A DNA stretch of 64,000 nt from Planctomycetota bacterium (GCA_021413705.1 JAIOPX010000077.1:12026-76025); one strand, 5' to 3'; counted from the first letter of the stretch, positions 27,686 to 36,845 are shown. The notes: generated by a model not told the origin, from the sequence alone. A program made the numbers and translations.

Positions 27686-28282
27686 CTATGATACTGCCGC
27701 AGGAACGATGGCTTGTTGATAATGGCGGTTGATGAGGTCGTTTTGTAGCCAGAGTAGTTTGTTGAAGGCACGCAACGTCTGCACTTCCAACGCTCGCTCC
27801 AATCCGAGGCCCAAGATCGTGTTCGTTAGGGCATCCGCTACAAAGCCGAGCAAGGCATTCATTTGTACCAGTGGTACGTTGAGTTCTTTGGACCCGGCCT
27901 TCGGAGTGTGCATCTTGCCGACCCCATCGAGATAGGTAACCATCTTGGCGTCGTAGGGTTTGGTGACGAGTGCCGCTAGGTAGCGAGCCAGATGAGCTTT
28001 GCGAAAACGGATCATCTCATGGTCGGGCGTGACTTCTTCGAGACTCGTCGGCACAACCCCCTCGTACCCGAACTGCCTGGGCAGGAAGTGCCTCCAGGTT
28101 GCGTCGTAGCGGTGAAGTTTGTCGTACACGGCATCCACTAATGTCGGAACGAGTGGGGCAATAACGGGTGCAGCACCGTGAATCGCCGCCACGTCCTCCT
28201 CCCCAAATCCCATGAATTCGACGAGGTATTCAAAGCGATAGCCGAGGTCGGATTCCAGGCGTTGTTCGTTAATTTGGATCAT
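27686..28282 (-). CDS. stand-alone protoglobin-family protein
   Basis: The ATG at 28282 is preceded by GGAG. LGYRFEYLVEFMGFGEEDVAAIHGAAPVI...LWLQNDLINRHY resembles the protoglobin / globin-coupled-sensor globin domain. No output domain. Confidence 0.65.
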   Translation of the reverse strand: MIQINEQRLESDLGYRFEYLVEFMGFGEEDVAAIHGAAPVIAPLVPTLVDAVYDKLHRYDATWRHFLPRQFGYEGVVPTSLEEVTPDHEMIRFRKAHLARYLAALVTKPYDAKMVTYLDGVGKMHTPKAGSKELNVPLVQMNALLGFVADALTNTILGLGLERALEVQTLRAFNKLLWLQNDLINRHYQQAIVPAAVS

Positions 28283-28377
28283 TTGTGGCTCCTGGCAGGC
28301 AGGTTGACGCTGGGCGCACTTGAGCAGATAATCGGACATCAATATCCATTTTGAAGTCAAGATATATTCGCCCATAA

Positions 28378-28393
28378 TGGATGTCAAGGTCCA
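28378..28393 (-). promoter_or_regulatory. Rrf2/NsrR-type operator candidate overlapping the -35 box of the protoglobin-qNOR promoter
   Basis: The minus strand reads TGGACCTTGACATCCA. TTGACA, a 17-nt spacer and TATCTT follow in the direction of the ATG at 28282. It is near-identical to the site at 45064..45079. Confidence 0.5.
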
Positions 28394-28419
28394 CGTTTAG
28401 GGCTTGGGGGGACAGTCGT

Positions 28420-28863
28420 ATGTTTTCGCAGACCGTCGAGTACGCCTTGCGAACCGTCGTCCATTTGGCCGACCAGTCGCCCTCGCCTCGGACCACCGAC
28501 CAGATTGCGACGGCCACCCTAGTTCCCAAGGCTTACTTGTCGAAGGTGATTCAGGGATTATGCCGTGCCAACATCTTGCAGTCGAAGCGTGGCATCGGCG
28601 GTGGAATTGCACTGGTGAAATCACCGTCCAAATTGACCATTCTCGAAGTCGTTAATGCCGTGGAACCGATTGCCCGCATTCGAGAATGCCCGCTCGGCTT
28701 AAAGACCCACGGAGTACGTCTTTGCCCCCTCCACAAGCGTATGGACAACGCCTTGGCGATGGTCGAAGCGGTGTTTCGGGAAACTACGCTGGCCGAGGTC
28801 TTGGCTGAGCCGACCCACAGTCATCCGTTGTGCGAGTTGCCTACGAGAAAGAAATCCCGTTGA
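28420..28863 (+). CDS. Rrf2-family transcriptional regulator (NsrR-like)
   Basis: MFSQTVEYALRTVVHLA...SKRGIGGGIALV plus the three-Cys cluster motif C..GLKTHGVRLCPLHKR. Divergent from the qNOR operon. Confidence 0.85.
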   Translation: MFSQTVEYALRTVVHLADQSPSPRTTDQIATATLVPKAYLSKVIQGLCRANILQSKRGIGGGIALVKSPSKLTILEVVNAVEPIARIRECPLGLKTHGVRLCPLHKRMDNALAMVEAVFRETTLAEVLAEPTHSHPLCELPTRKKSR

Positions 28864-28925
28864 TGAATCGTGAATCGGAAGGAGTGGCGACCTTGAAACT
28901 GCTCTTTGTCGGTGTGCTCGGTACG

Positions 28926-29135
28926 TCAAGCTCTAATGGGGTCCGTGATCGTGACGCTACTCGCTCGCTTGATTTGCGGATACATTAAGGGGACATTCAC
29001 TACCGCTCGGCCATTTCGCAGTGCGTGGCAAACGGTCCAGGCGGGCACAAGCAGCGCAAGAAACGCCGCGAAAACTGCCAGTATCAGGATACGAACAACA
29101 TCACTTTGCCTTGAGACATGGGTGGTGGCGAACAT
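28926..29135 (-). CDS. small membrane protein (candidate)
   Basis: The ATG at 29135 lies 6 nt after a strong AGGAGG. 69 aa with one TM helix (ILILAVFAAFLALLVPAW). Confidence 0.35.
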   Translation of the reverse strand: MFATTHVSRQSDVVRILILAVFAAFLALLVPAWTVCHALRNGRAVVNVPLMYPQIKRASSVTITDPIRA

Positions 29136-29553
29136 GACACACCTCCTTGGGCGTTTGACCCGTTCTCGTCCATTGGAAGAAAGGGGCAAAGCCCATGCCG
29201 TCGCTGCCGAACTCGGAAAAGTATGCCCCTGCAGGGGTATTCGGAGGACGTCTAGCCTGATCGCGCAAACCTTTCCGAAGTCGCTAGCATGGCCCTGCCA
29301 AATGACGGTGTGTCTGAACAGCGCACATGAGCGGCCACAGGCCGCGCGCTCCGCACATAGTTCATGAGGCGGCGCATTCACCGCACAGTGTCTCCGCTCA
29401 ACTCCGACCAGAATGCACCATGGAAGCGCCGCCTTCGTCACGCTCCAAGGTCCCTCTATTCACTAAGTGTGCCAAGCTGCACGCGTGCGGTAAAATGAGG
29501 GCCCCAGACCGGTCAGTTTGATCAAGGTTCCTCGGTGTAACGCGAGGTGCAAT

Positions 29554-29802
29554 ATGAAGTTCATGGTTCAATTCCGACTTAATCCTGGCAGCAAGAAAAA
29601 AGCGGTGGAGAGCTTTGAGCGAATGGGACCGAATCGCAATCCCGGCGTGGCCTTTCGCGGAGCGTGGATCGCAGTGCGATCCGACGTGGTCTTTGTTTTG
29701 ACGGAGAGCGACGACGAGGCACTCGTGGCAAAGGTCTCCGAAATATGGAGCGAATACGGGGACTGCCAGATTCACCCAGTGATCGACGTCGAAAACTTCT
29801 GA
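29554..29802 (+). CDS. DUF3303-like small protein
   Basis: MKFMVQFRLNPG...GVAFRGAWIAV..DVVFVLTESDDEALV...WSEYGDCQIHPVIDV fits the DUF3303 pattern as I recall it. Confidence 0.55.
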   Translation: MKFMVQFRLNPGSKKKAVESFERMGPNRNPGVAFRGAWIAVRSDVVFVLTESDDEALVAKVSEIWSEYGDCQIHPVIDVENF

Positions 29803-30076
29803 AGACCAGACCGCTTACCGGACGAGATGGCACAAGGGGAATGGCATTTCAGTCTTGGGGACGAGTTCTTGGGACTCATGCTGCTCCAGCCGAGGGACCT
29901 CTGCGGTCATCAATGGGTCGTTAGTTGACCGATGTCGGCAAACGTATGGGCACCGAGACGATGGGGTGCCCATTGGAGGGGCTGCGGAAACGAGGTGTCC
30001 TGCATCGATATGATCGACCGGTGCAAGACGATGGGGACTGTTTTGGGATGATATTTGCCGTGCTGCACATCCACTA

Positions 30077-31639
30077 TCAGAAGTTCATCTGGTACTGGAC
30101 GTACGCAAAATCCGCATCTCCGGTAAATGGAGGAGGCGTGGGATTCGTGCTATACCAGGAGCCCGTGAAGTAGTGAGAGTAACCGAACAGCCAACTGGTA
30201 TGCGGCGTCATGTTCCAGGTCGCCAGGAAATCCAGTTCCTGACCTAGATACCGGCTGCCCCCCGGTGTGGTGACAAACGGCGTGCCGTTGATTCGGTACG
30301 GCACATCATTGCCATTTTGCAGGTGAAAGATGTGCCACCACAGCAGCAGTTTCCAGTCCTTCCGCGGCTGCATCTCCAATTGAAAATTCAGATCCTCGAT
30401 ATTCGTCCGGGCGTAGAAATCCATGAAGCCCAGATACTTGTGACCGAGCGGAAAGTTTTGATTAAATCCGTTCCCAATGGTGTCATCGCCGGAGGCCCAA
30501 TCGTAGTAGGCCCACAACGTCGGCTTCCAGCAGTCTTCCCGCAGTTGACGGCCGCAGCCAAGCGTGAAGAAACCGGCTGAATGCGACATGTCGCCAAACG
30601 CGCCAAATTGATAGCCCCCTTCCACCTCCCCCAGCCAGCCGCAGTATGCGCCCTTCCATCGGCCGCCGACGGTCTCGAAAGCAAACGTGCGTCCTGCCTG
30701 GAACGGCGAGTCGTAGTCGTGATAACCGATCCAGTAGAGGTCGTAGACGTGTCCCTCGTGCCCCTTGTAGGTTCCCCACAGCGCATAGAACTCTTGGGTT
30801 CCATCGGGGGAATTGAGGCTTTCCGGTTCGCCGAAGATGGGGCGCACCCAGAAGCCATCGACGTTCCAGTCACTGCCGCGATAGAAGAGCTTGGCGCCGT
30901 CAAACGTGCGGCGCGTGTTGGCCCAGTCCAGCGGAGAGATCAATCGCTGCGAACCATAGAGCAGCTCCTGGCGACCGACACGTCCCCAGATGTCGCCATC
31001 GCAGGTGTCCCATACCCGCGCATCAACGAACAGATTTTGTATCTCGTGCGGGTCGTGTTCGATGGCCCGCGGCGGAAAATCGTCGAAGTCGCTGTTGGCC
31101 GACAAATATTCGGCGTAGCAGCGCAGCCAATCATTGACGTGCCAATCGGCGTACAGCCGCATGCGACGCAAAAGAAAATCGTCTGATAAGCCGGTCAGGC
31201 CCAGCCCCCGCATATTTTGTTCGTCCTGGAAGCGGAGGCGATATTGTCCGCCGATGTCGAGCACACCGGAATCCTCGCAGGCGCGGAGCTGTTTGAGCCT
31301 CTCTCCTAAATGCCAACCGTCGTAGCACGGGTCGTTCAGATACTTAAAATCGTTGTCGTAGAACGGATCCTTGTAGGCCGCGGCCGCAGCCGCCTTGAGG
31401 GCAGCCAGTTTTTTCGGCGGACAAGGTACGACGCTTCCATCGTCGGCCCCTGACTCACTTTCCAGCGCCTCACTTACAAGCTGAAAGGGTGCATTTTCTG
31501 CCATGGATCCGGAAATCTGTTCCGGCTCCGGGGGTCCGCCACCAAGAGACTGCTCTGCGCGAACAACAGGAGCCCTGCTGACCTGACAGGCCAGGACCAG
31601 GGCGATCACCCAACCGAAGGGGCGCAACGACGGGCGCAT
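30077..31639 (-). CDS. outer-membrane beta-barrel, alginate-export-like family
   Basis: Signal peptide MRPSLRPFGWVIALVLACQVSRA (start 31639). DIGGQYRLRFQDE and alternating aromatic-rich strands ending in ...YVQYQMNF. Confidence 0.55.
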   Translation of the reverse strand: MRPSLRPFGWVIALVLACQVSRAPVVRAEQSLGGGPPEPEQISGSMAENAPFQLVSEALESESGADDGSVVPCPPKKLAALKAAAAAAYKDPFYDNDFKYLNDPCYDGWHLGERLKQLRACEDSGVLDIGGQYRLRFQDEQNMRGLGLTGLSDDFLLRRMRLYADWHVNDWLRCYAEYLSANSDFDDFPPRAIEHDPHEIQNLFVDARVWDTCDGDIWGRVGRQELLYGSQRLISPLDWANTRRTFDGAKLFYRGSDWNVDGFWVRPIFGEPESLNSPDGTQEFYALWGTYKGHEGHVYDLYWIGYHDYDSPFQAGRTFAFETVGGRWKGAYCGWLGEVEGGYQFGAFGDMSHSAGFFTLGCGRQLREDCWKPTLWAYYDWASGDDTIGNGFNQNFPLGHKYLGFMDFYARTNIEDLNFQLEMQPRKDWKLLLWWHIFHLQNGNDVPYRINGTPFVTTPGGSRYLGQELDFLATWNMTPHTSWLFGYSHYFTGSWYSTNPTPPPFTGDADFAYVQYQMNF

Positions 31640-32115
31640 GCTGGGACAAGTCCTTTTGTCCGATGTGGGGGATCTGCAATACCAGGAGTTAATTCGACCG
31701 TGAACAGGCGGTTTTCCAGGCAAGAATTTCCAAAGCGGCAAAGTCAGCGTAAAAGGTACATGAATGACGCCGAAGGGGCCGTGAGTTTGACGCCTAAGGG
31801 CGACTTGGCACAGCAGCAGGCACCGTCTGAGCGAAATCGCTCATACGGGAGTTGAGGGCCGCTGCCATGGAAGCGGCCGCGGGTGAAAATGCACGGAGGG
31901 ATTGTCGTCGTATGCGGCAACCTACTATACTCTCCGCGGCACATGTGGCAGACGATAATTTTGCCAATGATGCTGCGGTCTTGTCTCGTTACGTGTCCGT
32001 TTTTCTTTCAGGCTGTAGTGGTTGCGGTGGGTCGGACGGAATAGGCTCCAAGGCTGGCTTTCGCAACGCGACCGACCTGATAAACATCCCGTGCAACCGC
32101 CGGGACGGTTTGCAA

Positions 32116-32637
32116 ATGTCGGAATCGCCATCATCTCATCCTGACGATTCGCGCGGGAACTCCCGTCGTCGATTCTTGTTTCTGATTCTCCCCTGGGGGA
32201 TCGTCGCTGCTGCGTACGGCACGTTGGCCGCGTTGGCGGTGCGGTTTCTCTTTCCGAGCCAGCGCCGTCGCCAGGACTGGCAATTCGTGACCACCACGGC
32301 TGAGTTGAAGACGGGACAATCGCTCACGTTTACGTCACCTGACGGGTCGAAGATCGTGTTGGCCCGGCAGCGGGATGGCGACGAACAAGATTCGTTTATT
32401 GCGCTGTCGAGCGTTTGCCCCCACCTGGGTTGTGCAGTGCATTGGGAACCGCACAACAACCGTTTCTTCTGTCCCTGTCATAACGGGGCTTTCGATGCGG
32501 CCGGCGCGCCCACGAGCGGCCCGCCCGCCAAGGCGGGTCAGCCTCTGACTCGTTTTCCCCTGCGCGTGGACCGTGGGCGGTTGTTCATTCGCGTGCCGCT
32601 GGAACGTGTGACGGAGTCTCGTGAGAGGACGGTCTAG
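32116..32637 (+). CDS. Rieske [2Fe-2S] subunit of a cytochrome bc-type complex (Tat signal)
   Basis: SRRRFLF twin-arginine motif. CPHLGCAV...CPCHNGAF Rieske boxes. Start at the ATG at 32116. Confidence 0.85.
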   Translation: MSESPSSHPDDSRGNSRRRFLFLILPWGIVAAAYGTLAALAVRFLFPSQRRRQDWQFVTTTAELKTGQSLTFTSPDGSKIVLARQRDGDEQDSFIALSSVCPHLGCAVHWEPHNNRFFCPCHNGAFDAAGAPTSGPPAKAGQPLTRFPLRVDRGRLFIRVPLERVTESRERTV

Positions 32638-32707
32638 GCCACGCACAGTAAATCCTGGAATGCAAAAATCAGGCAATAGCCCGCACATTTCGTGAGGTTC
32701 ACGGCTT

Positions 32708-33757
32708 ATGGCAGGACTGGCACAATGGTGGGCGCAGCGCGTGCCCATCTCCGGCGAGCAGCTTCGAGAGCTGACAAACGAGCCGGTTCCCAACCACCTG
32801 AAGCGGTGGTGGTTCTGCCTGGGTGGGACGCCGGCCTATCTATTCGTGGTACAGATTGTCACGGGCATCCTACTGGCTTTTTACTATCAGGCCTCTCCGC
32901 AATCGGCCTACGAATCGGTGCGGTACATCACGGAAGAGGCCAGCTACGGTTGGTTTTTTCGCAGCCTGCATCGGTGGTCGGCCACGCTGATGATCGCGGC
33001 GGTGATTCTGCACCAGATGCGGGTCTACTTCACCGGCGCCTACCGCAAACCGCGGGAATTGAATTGGGTGATCGGGATGTGCCTGCTGATGTGCGTGCTG
33101 CTGACCGGCTTCACGGGCTACAGTCTCGTGTTTGAGCAGCTCAGTTACTGGGGGGCCAATGTGGCCGCGAACATCTCGAATTCCGTTCCCCTGTTCGGCA
33201 CCGCCCTGAAGCAATTGCTGCTGGGAGGCGAAGCCTACAATGCGCATACCCTGTCCCGATTCTACGTGCTCCACGCGGCCGTTCTGCCGGGGACGATGAT
33301 TCTCCTGCTTTTCGTGCATGTCACGCTGATTCGGCTGCACGGAGTGAGCGATCTTAAGTTTGCCGATGAAGCACCTGACCAACCTCAACACTTCAATTTC
33401 TTTCCAGACCATCTCCTCACGGAGATCATGGTGGGGCTGGTCCTGATGCTGATCCTCTGCGCGCTGGCCACGCTCGTGCCGGCGCATCTGGGGCAGAGGG
33501 CCGATCCGCTGACGACGCCGGAAGTGATCAAGCCCGAATGGTATTTCTACGTGACGTTTCGGTGGCTCAAGCTGTTTTCACTGAGCTTCGCGGTGCTGAG
33601 TATGGGGCTGATCGTCGCTGCGATGTTCATTTGGCCGTGGATTGACATGCTGTTGCGGCGGATCACGGGTCGTGAAGAGGCGAGCGTTTATATCGGCATT
33701 GTGGCTACTTTGTTGTTGATCGGTTTCACAGTCTGGGAAGCGGTCGTCGCGCATTAA
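32708..33757 (+). CDS. cytochrome b (b6 + subunit IV-like fusion)
   Basis: FYYQASP..AYESV..I......GWFFRSLHRWSA and the PEWYF motif (KPEWYFY), with multiple TM helices. Confidence 0.9.
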   Translation: MAGLAQWWAQRVPISGEQLRELTNEPVPNHLKRWWFCLGGTPAYLFVVQIVTGILLAFYYQASPQSAYESVRYITEEASYGWFFRSLHRWSATLMIAAVILHQMRVYFTGAYRKPRELNWVIGMCLLMCVLLTGFTGYSLVFEQLSYWGANVAANISNSVPLFGTALKQLLLGGEAYNAHTLSRFYVLHAAVLPGTMILLLFVHVTLIRLHGVSDLKFADEAPDQPQHFNFFPDHLLTEIMVGLVLMLILCALATLVPAHLGQRADPLTTPEVIKPEWYFYVTFRWLKLFSLSFAVLSMGLIVAAMFIWPWIDMLLRRITGREEASVYIGIVATLLLIGFTVWEAVVAH

Positions 33758-33805
33758 CGGTCCGTTATTTTTCTCCTTGTCCTTTGTCTTTGAAAGTATC
33801 GACCC

Positions 33806-34237
33806 ATGTCGCTTCGCACCAAACAATGGATTATCGCGGTTCTGGGTTCCGCCTTCCTGGTGTCACTGCTTTTTGTCCAGTGGCGTGAGGTCGCGCGCGT
33901 CCGCGAGGAGGCCGGTTTGGTGCCTCCCCATATCGCCGTCCCGGCCAGTTCGGAGTCGTGCGTGAAGTGCCATGGCGAATCCTCTCCAGGCATCATCGAC
34001 CATTGGAAGGGAAGCACGCACGCTGTGAAGGGAGTGGGCTGTGTCGAATGTCATCAGGCAGACGCCAAGGACGCCGACGCCTTTGAGCATTATGGGGCGA
34101 CGATCGCCACCGTCGTGACGCCACGCGATTGTGCCCGTTGCCACGTGAATGAGGCGAACGAATTTGCCCACAGTCACCATGCCCGGGGAGGAAACATTCT
34201 GGCCTCGCTGGACAATACCCTGGCAGAGGTGGTGTAA
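33806..34237 (+). CDS. HAO-family octahaem cytochrome c, N-terminal fragment (haems 1-3)
   Basis: TM anchor followed by CVKCH...W.GSTHA, VGCVECH and CARCH. These align by eye with haems 1-3 of Nitrosomonas HAO (CVECH..W..STHA, VGCIDCH, CGTCH). It ends at TAA 34235..34237. Confidence 0.75.
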   Translation: MSLRTKQWIIAVLGSAFLVSLLFVQWREVARVREEAGLVPPHIAVPASSESCVKCHGESSPGIIDHWKGSTHAVKGVGCVECHQADAKDADAFEHYGATIATVVTPRDCARCHVNEANEFAHSHHARGGNILASLDNTLAEVV

Positions 34238-34246
34238 GGGGCTAAA

Positions 34247-35431
34247 GTGCCGTTCAATCCGCACTCCCCCACGCCAGGCATGACAGTCGATAAGGTCAAC
34301 GGCATGGCCAGCGTAAACACGGGGTGCAAACAATGCCACGGAGGCAAGGTGGGCCTGCAGAAGTCGGACGGCGGTATGCTTACCGTGGACGATTTGAAGC
34401 CTGGCGCGGATGGCAAACCCACGCAGGAAGATCTGCTGGCGTTGGTGGCCCGGGACAAACAGGGGCGTCCACTGCTGCATCCTGATACTTGGCCGAACAC
34501 AGGCATAGGTCGGATGAATCTCGATGGCTCGCTGGGTTCGTGTTCCGCCTGCCATTCGAGACACGATTTTTCACCGCGGCGGGCTCGGCAGCCGGAAAAC
34601 TGCGCCAAGTGCCACCTCGGTCCGGATCATCCGCAGAAAGAGATCTATGAAGAGTCGAAACATGGGGTGGCTTTTCGAGACTTGAAGGACAAGATGAACC
34701 TGGATGCACACCGCTGGGTGCTGGGCAAGGACTACAGTCAGGCGCCCACTTGTGCTACGTGTCACATGTCGGCCAACAAGCTCAACGGCGAGAAAGTTAC
34801 GCATAATCCCGGCCAGCGCATCTCCTGGACCAATCGACCGGAGGTGAGCCTGGTCATGGATACGGACGCCAAGGGCGAGGTCATCAAGGAAACGGATCCC
34901 GCCAAGCGTCGTGACCTGGTGAAAGACACCTGGCAGGACAAGCGGATGCGAATGACCCAGGTCTGCATTCATTGCCACACGCCGGACTATGTCAGTGCGT
35001 TCTACAAGCAATACGACGATTTCGTGATCAACTACAATGAGAAGTTTGCCAAGCCGGGACAGAAGATCATGGCCGCCTTGCGGCAAGACGGCCTGCTGAC
35101 GCCCAAGCAGTTCGATGAAAAAATCGAATGGACATGGTTCTATCTGTGGCACCACGAAGGTCGCCGCGCGCGGCACGGCGCTTCGATGATGGCGCCGGAC
35201 TATGCCCACTGGCACGGCATGTTCGAGGTCGCGGAGAGATTCTATAAGGAATTGATCCCCGAGGCCCGTGAACTGGCCGAAAAGGCCGAACACAACGGCG
35301 GCAAGGCGGAACATACACGGGCCGCAATCCGCGACATACTGGCCCGCCCCGAACATCAATGGTTCGAAGCCGCGAAGGCCGACGGACTGAAGCCGGCAAC
35401 GCCTCCACCGCCGAAGTCTGAAGAAAAGTGA
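34247..35431 (+). CDS. HAO-family octahaem cytochrome c, C-terminal fragment (haems 4-8)
   Basis: Same reading frame as the previous ORF. GCKQCH, CSACHSRHDFS....PENCAKCH..PDH....Y..SKHG, APTCATCHM and CIHCH parallel HAO haems 4-8. The track start is a GTG 3 codons after the TAA. Confidence 0.75.
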   Translation: MPFNPHSPTPGMTVDKVNGMASVNTGCKQCHGGKVGLQKSDGGMLTVDDLKPGADGKPTQEDLLALVARDKQGRPLLHPDTWPNTGIGRMNLDGSLGSCSACHSRHDFSPRRARQPENCAKCHLGPDHPQKEIYEESKHGVAFRDLKDKMNLDAHRWVLGKDYSQAPTCATCHMSANKLNGEKVTHNPGQRISWTNRPEVSLVMDTDAKGEVIKETDPAKRRDLVKDTWQDKRMRMTQVCIHCHTPDYVSAFYKQYDDFVINYNEKFAKPGQKIMAALRQDGLLTPKQFDEKIEWTWFYLWHHEGRRARHGASMMAPDYAHWHGMFEVAERFYKELIPEARELAEKAEHNGGKAEHTRAAIRDILARPEHQWFEAAKADGLKPATPPPPKSEEK

Positions 35432-35473
35432 GCTACCTGGGGGGAGCAACTCGGAGGCAAGGTCCGAGCTTGG

Positions 35474-35953
35474 CTACAACTCAACGGTGGCCAGGACGCG
35501 CACCGACATTCCGGGGGACAGCATACCGACCCGGACAACGGCGGCCATGTATCCAAATCTGCCAACGACCACTTCCTTCAAACGTGGATCGATGGCGTCA
35601 AGTACGTAACAGGGCTTGCGCGGTTGGGTGAGCTGCAAGACCACGTCGCCGATTTTCAGCAGTGTTCCCGGCTCCAGGTGCTGAACGTCGAGTCCCTCCA
35701 CCGTCAGGTTCTCACCCGCGGCGCCCGGCGAGAGCGCGAATCCTTCTCCGATCAATTGTCGCATGATTTCAATATCCCACAGGCAGACCGCTCGATCGGG
35801 TCGGCAGTGCTTGGCGTGCGCGTGCGCATCGCCATCAAGGCCGGTTTCGGTTACCCGGGCCAAGGGTTGAGGTCGCTTGGGGATGCCGCCGGGTGAGCGA
35901 CAGACAGCGATGACCGCGGGAGCATCTTCAAGTCTCTGGTGCATAACCGTCAC
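35474..35953 (-). CDS. MOSC domain protein (YiiM-like)
   Basis: GENLTVEGLD......GT.L.IGDVVLQLTQPRKPCYVLD is the MOSC signature with the conserved Cys. Confidence 0.75.
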   Translation of the reverse strand: MTVMHQRLEDAPAVIAVCRSPGGIPKRPQPLARVTETGLDGDAHAHAKHCRPDRAVCLWDIEIMRQLIGEGFALSPGAAGENLTVEGLDVQHLEPGTLLKIGDVVLQLTQPRKPCYVLDAIDPRLKEVVVGRFGYMAAVVRVGMLSPGMSVRVLATVEL

Positions 35954-36020
35954 TCGAATCCGTTACGTCTGGCGTTGGTTGTGTCGTATCCGTAGCCGAC
36001 TCCCAGGGCGTGCGACATGA

Positions 36021-36824
36021 CTACTGCGGGCCAAGCTGGCAGCCTTCACACTCCTCAGGCCGTTCGACCGAACTGGGGGCAGCGCCCACTCTGGGATGTT
36101 CAATGCCGCACAAGCTCCGTTCGGCCGCTATCAAGGCGCCGAGCAAGACGCCGACTGCTTCATAGTATCCACCAGGATTTTCGCGCCCTAACAAGCGGCC
36201 GAACGCCGGGGCCCACCAGGCCAGATGCTCGTGGAGAAACCGTCGGGCGGCATCGCGACAGATGGCGGCGCGTTGGGCACCGCCCTGATCGCCGCATTCC
36301 GCTGCCCGACGTTCCAGTCCCAGCAGGAATGCCATGAACTCCAATTCCAGGACGATATGGTCGTGCTGCTCACGGCGCTGCGGGGACGGTTCCAGGCCGA
36401 ACGCCTGATAAAACCCGCTCACGTCAGCCAAAGCGTGCGATCTCTGAAAGGTGAACTTGCTGTTGATGTAGTCCGTTTCATGTGGCGGACAGGTGCTGCT
36501 GGCCAAGAGTCCGAAAGTGGATTCAAACAGCTCATTCAGTGCGTGACGCGACGCAGGGAGACGGGCGACGACCGGGGCCGGATTCAGCTCCTCTAAGGGC
36601 TGCTCCCCGAGGGCCAACTCCGCTGACGCGGCAGCCGCTTCGTTGCGCAGTAAGTCGGCCGCGTCGTTCAGGAGCGAATTGTTTGGTAGCGACGTCAGCT
36701 CGAGCCAAGCGCCGGCCCGTGGATCCGCCAGCGCCATGGCGATGAATCGATATAGGATCTGCCGTGCCTGGCTGACGGCAGGATCCCAGGCCACCTCAAC
36801 CCGTGCATTGTCGATCGTGGTCAT
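36021..36824 (-). CDS. TorD/NarJ-family redox-enzyme maturation chaperone (delta subunit)
   Basis: It lies at the distal end of the molybdoenzyme operon. The helical protein carries a YR.IA.AL..P pattern and EFMAFL block typical of NarJ/TorD/EbdD-like chaperones. Confidence 0.6.
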   Translation of the reverse strand: MTTIDNARVEVAWDPAVSQARQILYRFIAMALADPRAGAWLELTSLPNNSLLNDAADLLRNEAAAASAELALGEQPLEELNPAPVVARLPASRHALNELFESTFGLLASSTCPPHETDYINSKFTFQRSHALADVSGFYQAFGLEPSPQRREQHDHIVLELEFMAFLLGLERRAAECGDQGGAQRAAICRDAARRFLHEHLAWWAPAFGRLLGRENPGGYYEAVGVLLGALIAAERSLCGIEHPRVGAAPSSVERPEECEGCQLGPQ

Positions 36825-36845
36825 AGCTGTTGCTTTCGTTGGAAT

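Noticed and set aside
31852-32115. N-terminal extension of the Rieske ORF
   Set aside because: A Tat signal (SRRRFLF) follows the internal ATG at 32116. The extension has no protein-like character.
34235-34237. Recoding of the in-frame stop in the HAO-like gene as selenocysteine or pyrrolysine
   Set aside because: The stop is TAA, not TGA or TAG, and I saw no SECIS-like element. Nonsense mutation, sequencing error or read-through remain possible.
34571-35449. 292-aa minus-strand ORF
   Set aside because: It is antisense to the haem-motif-bearing HAO-like gene and has no features of its own.
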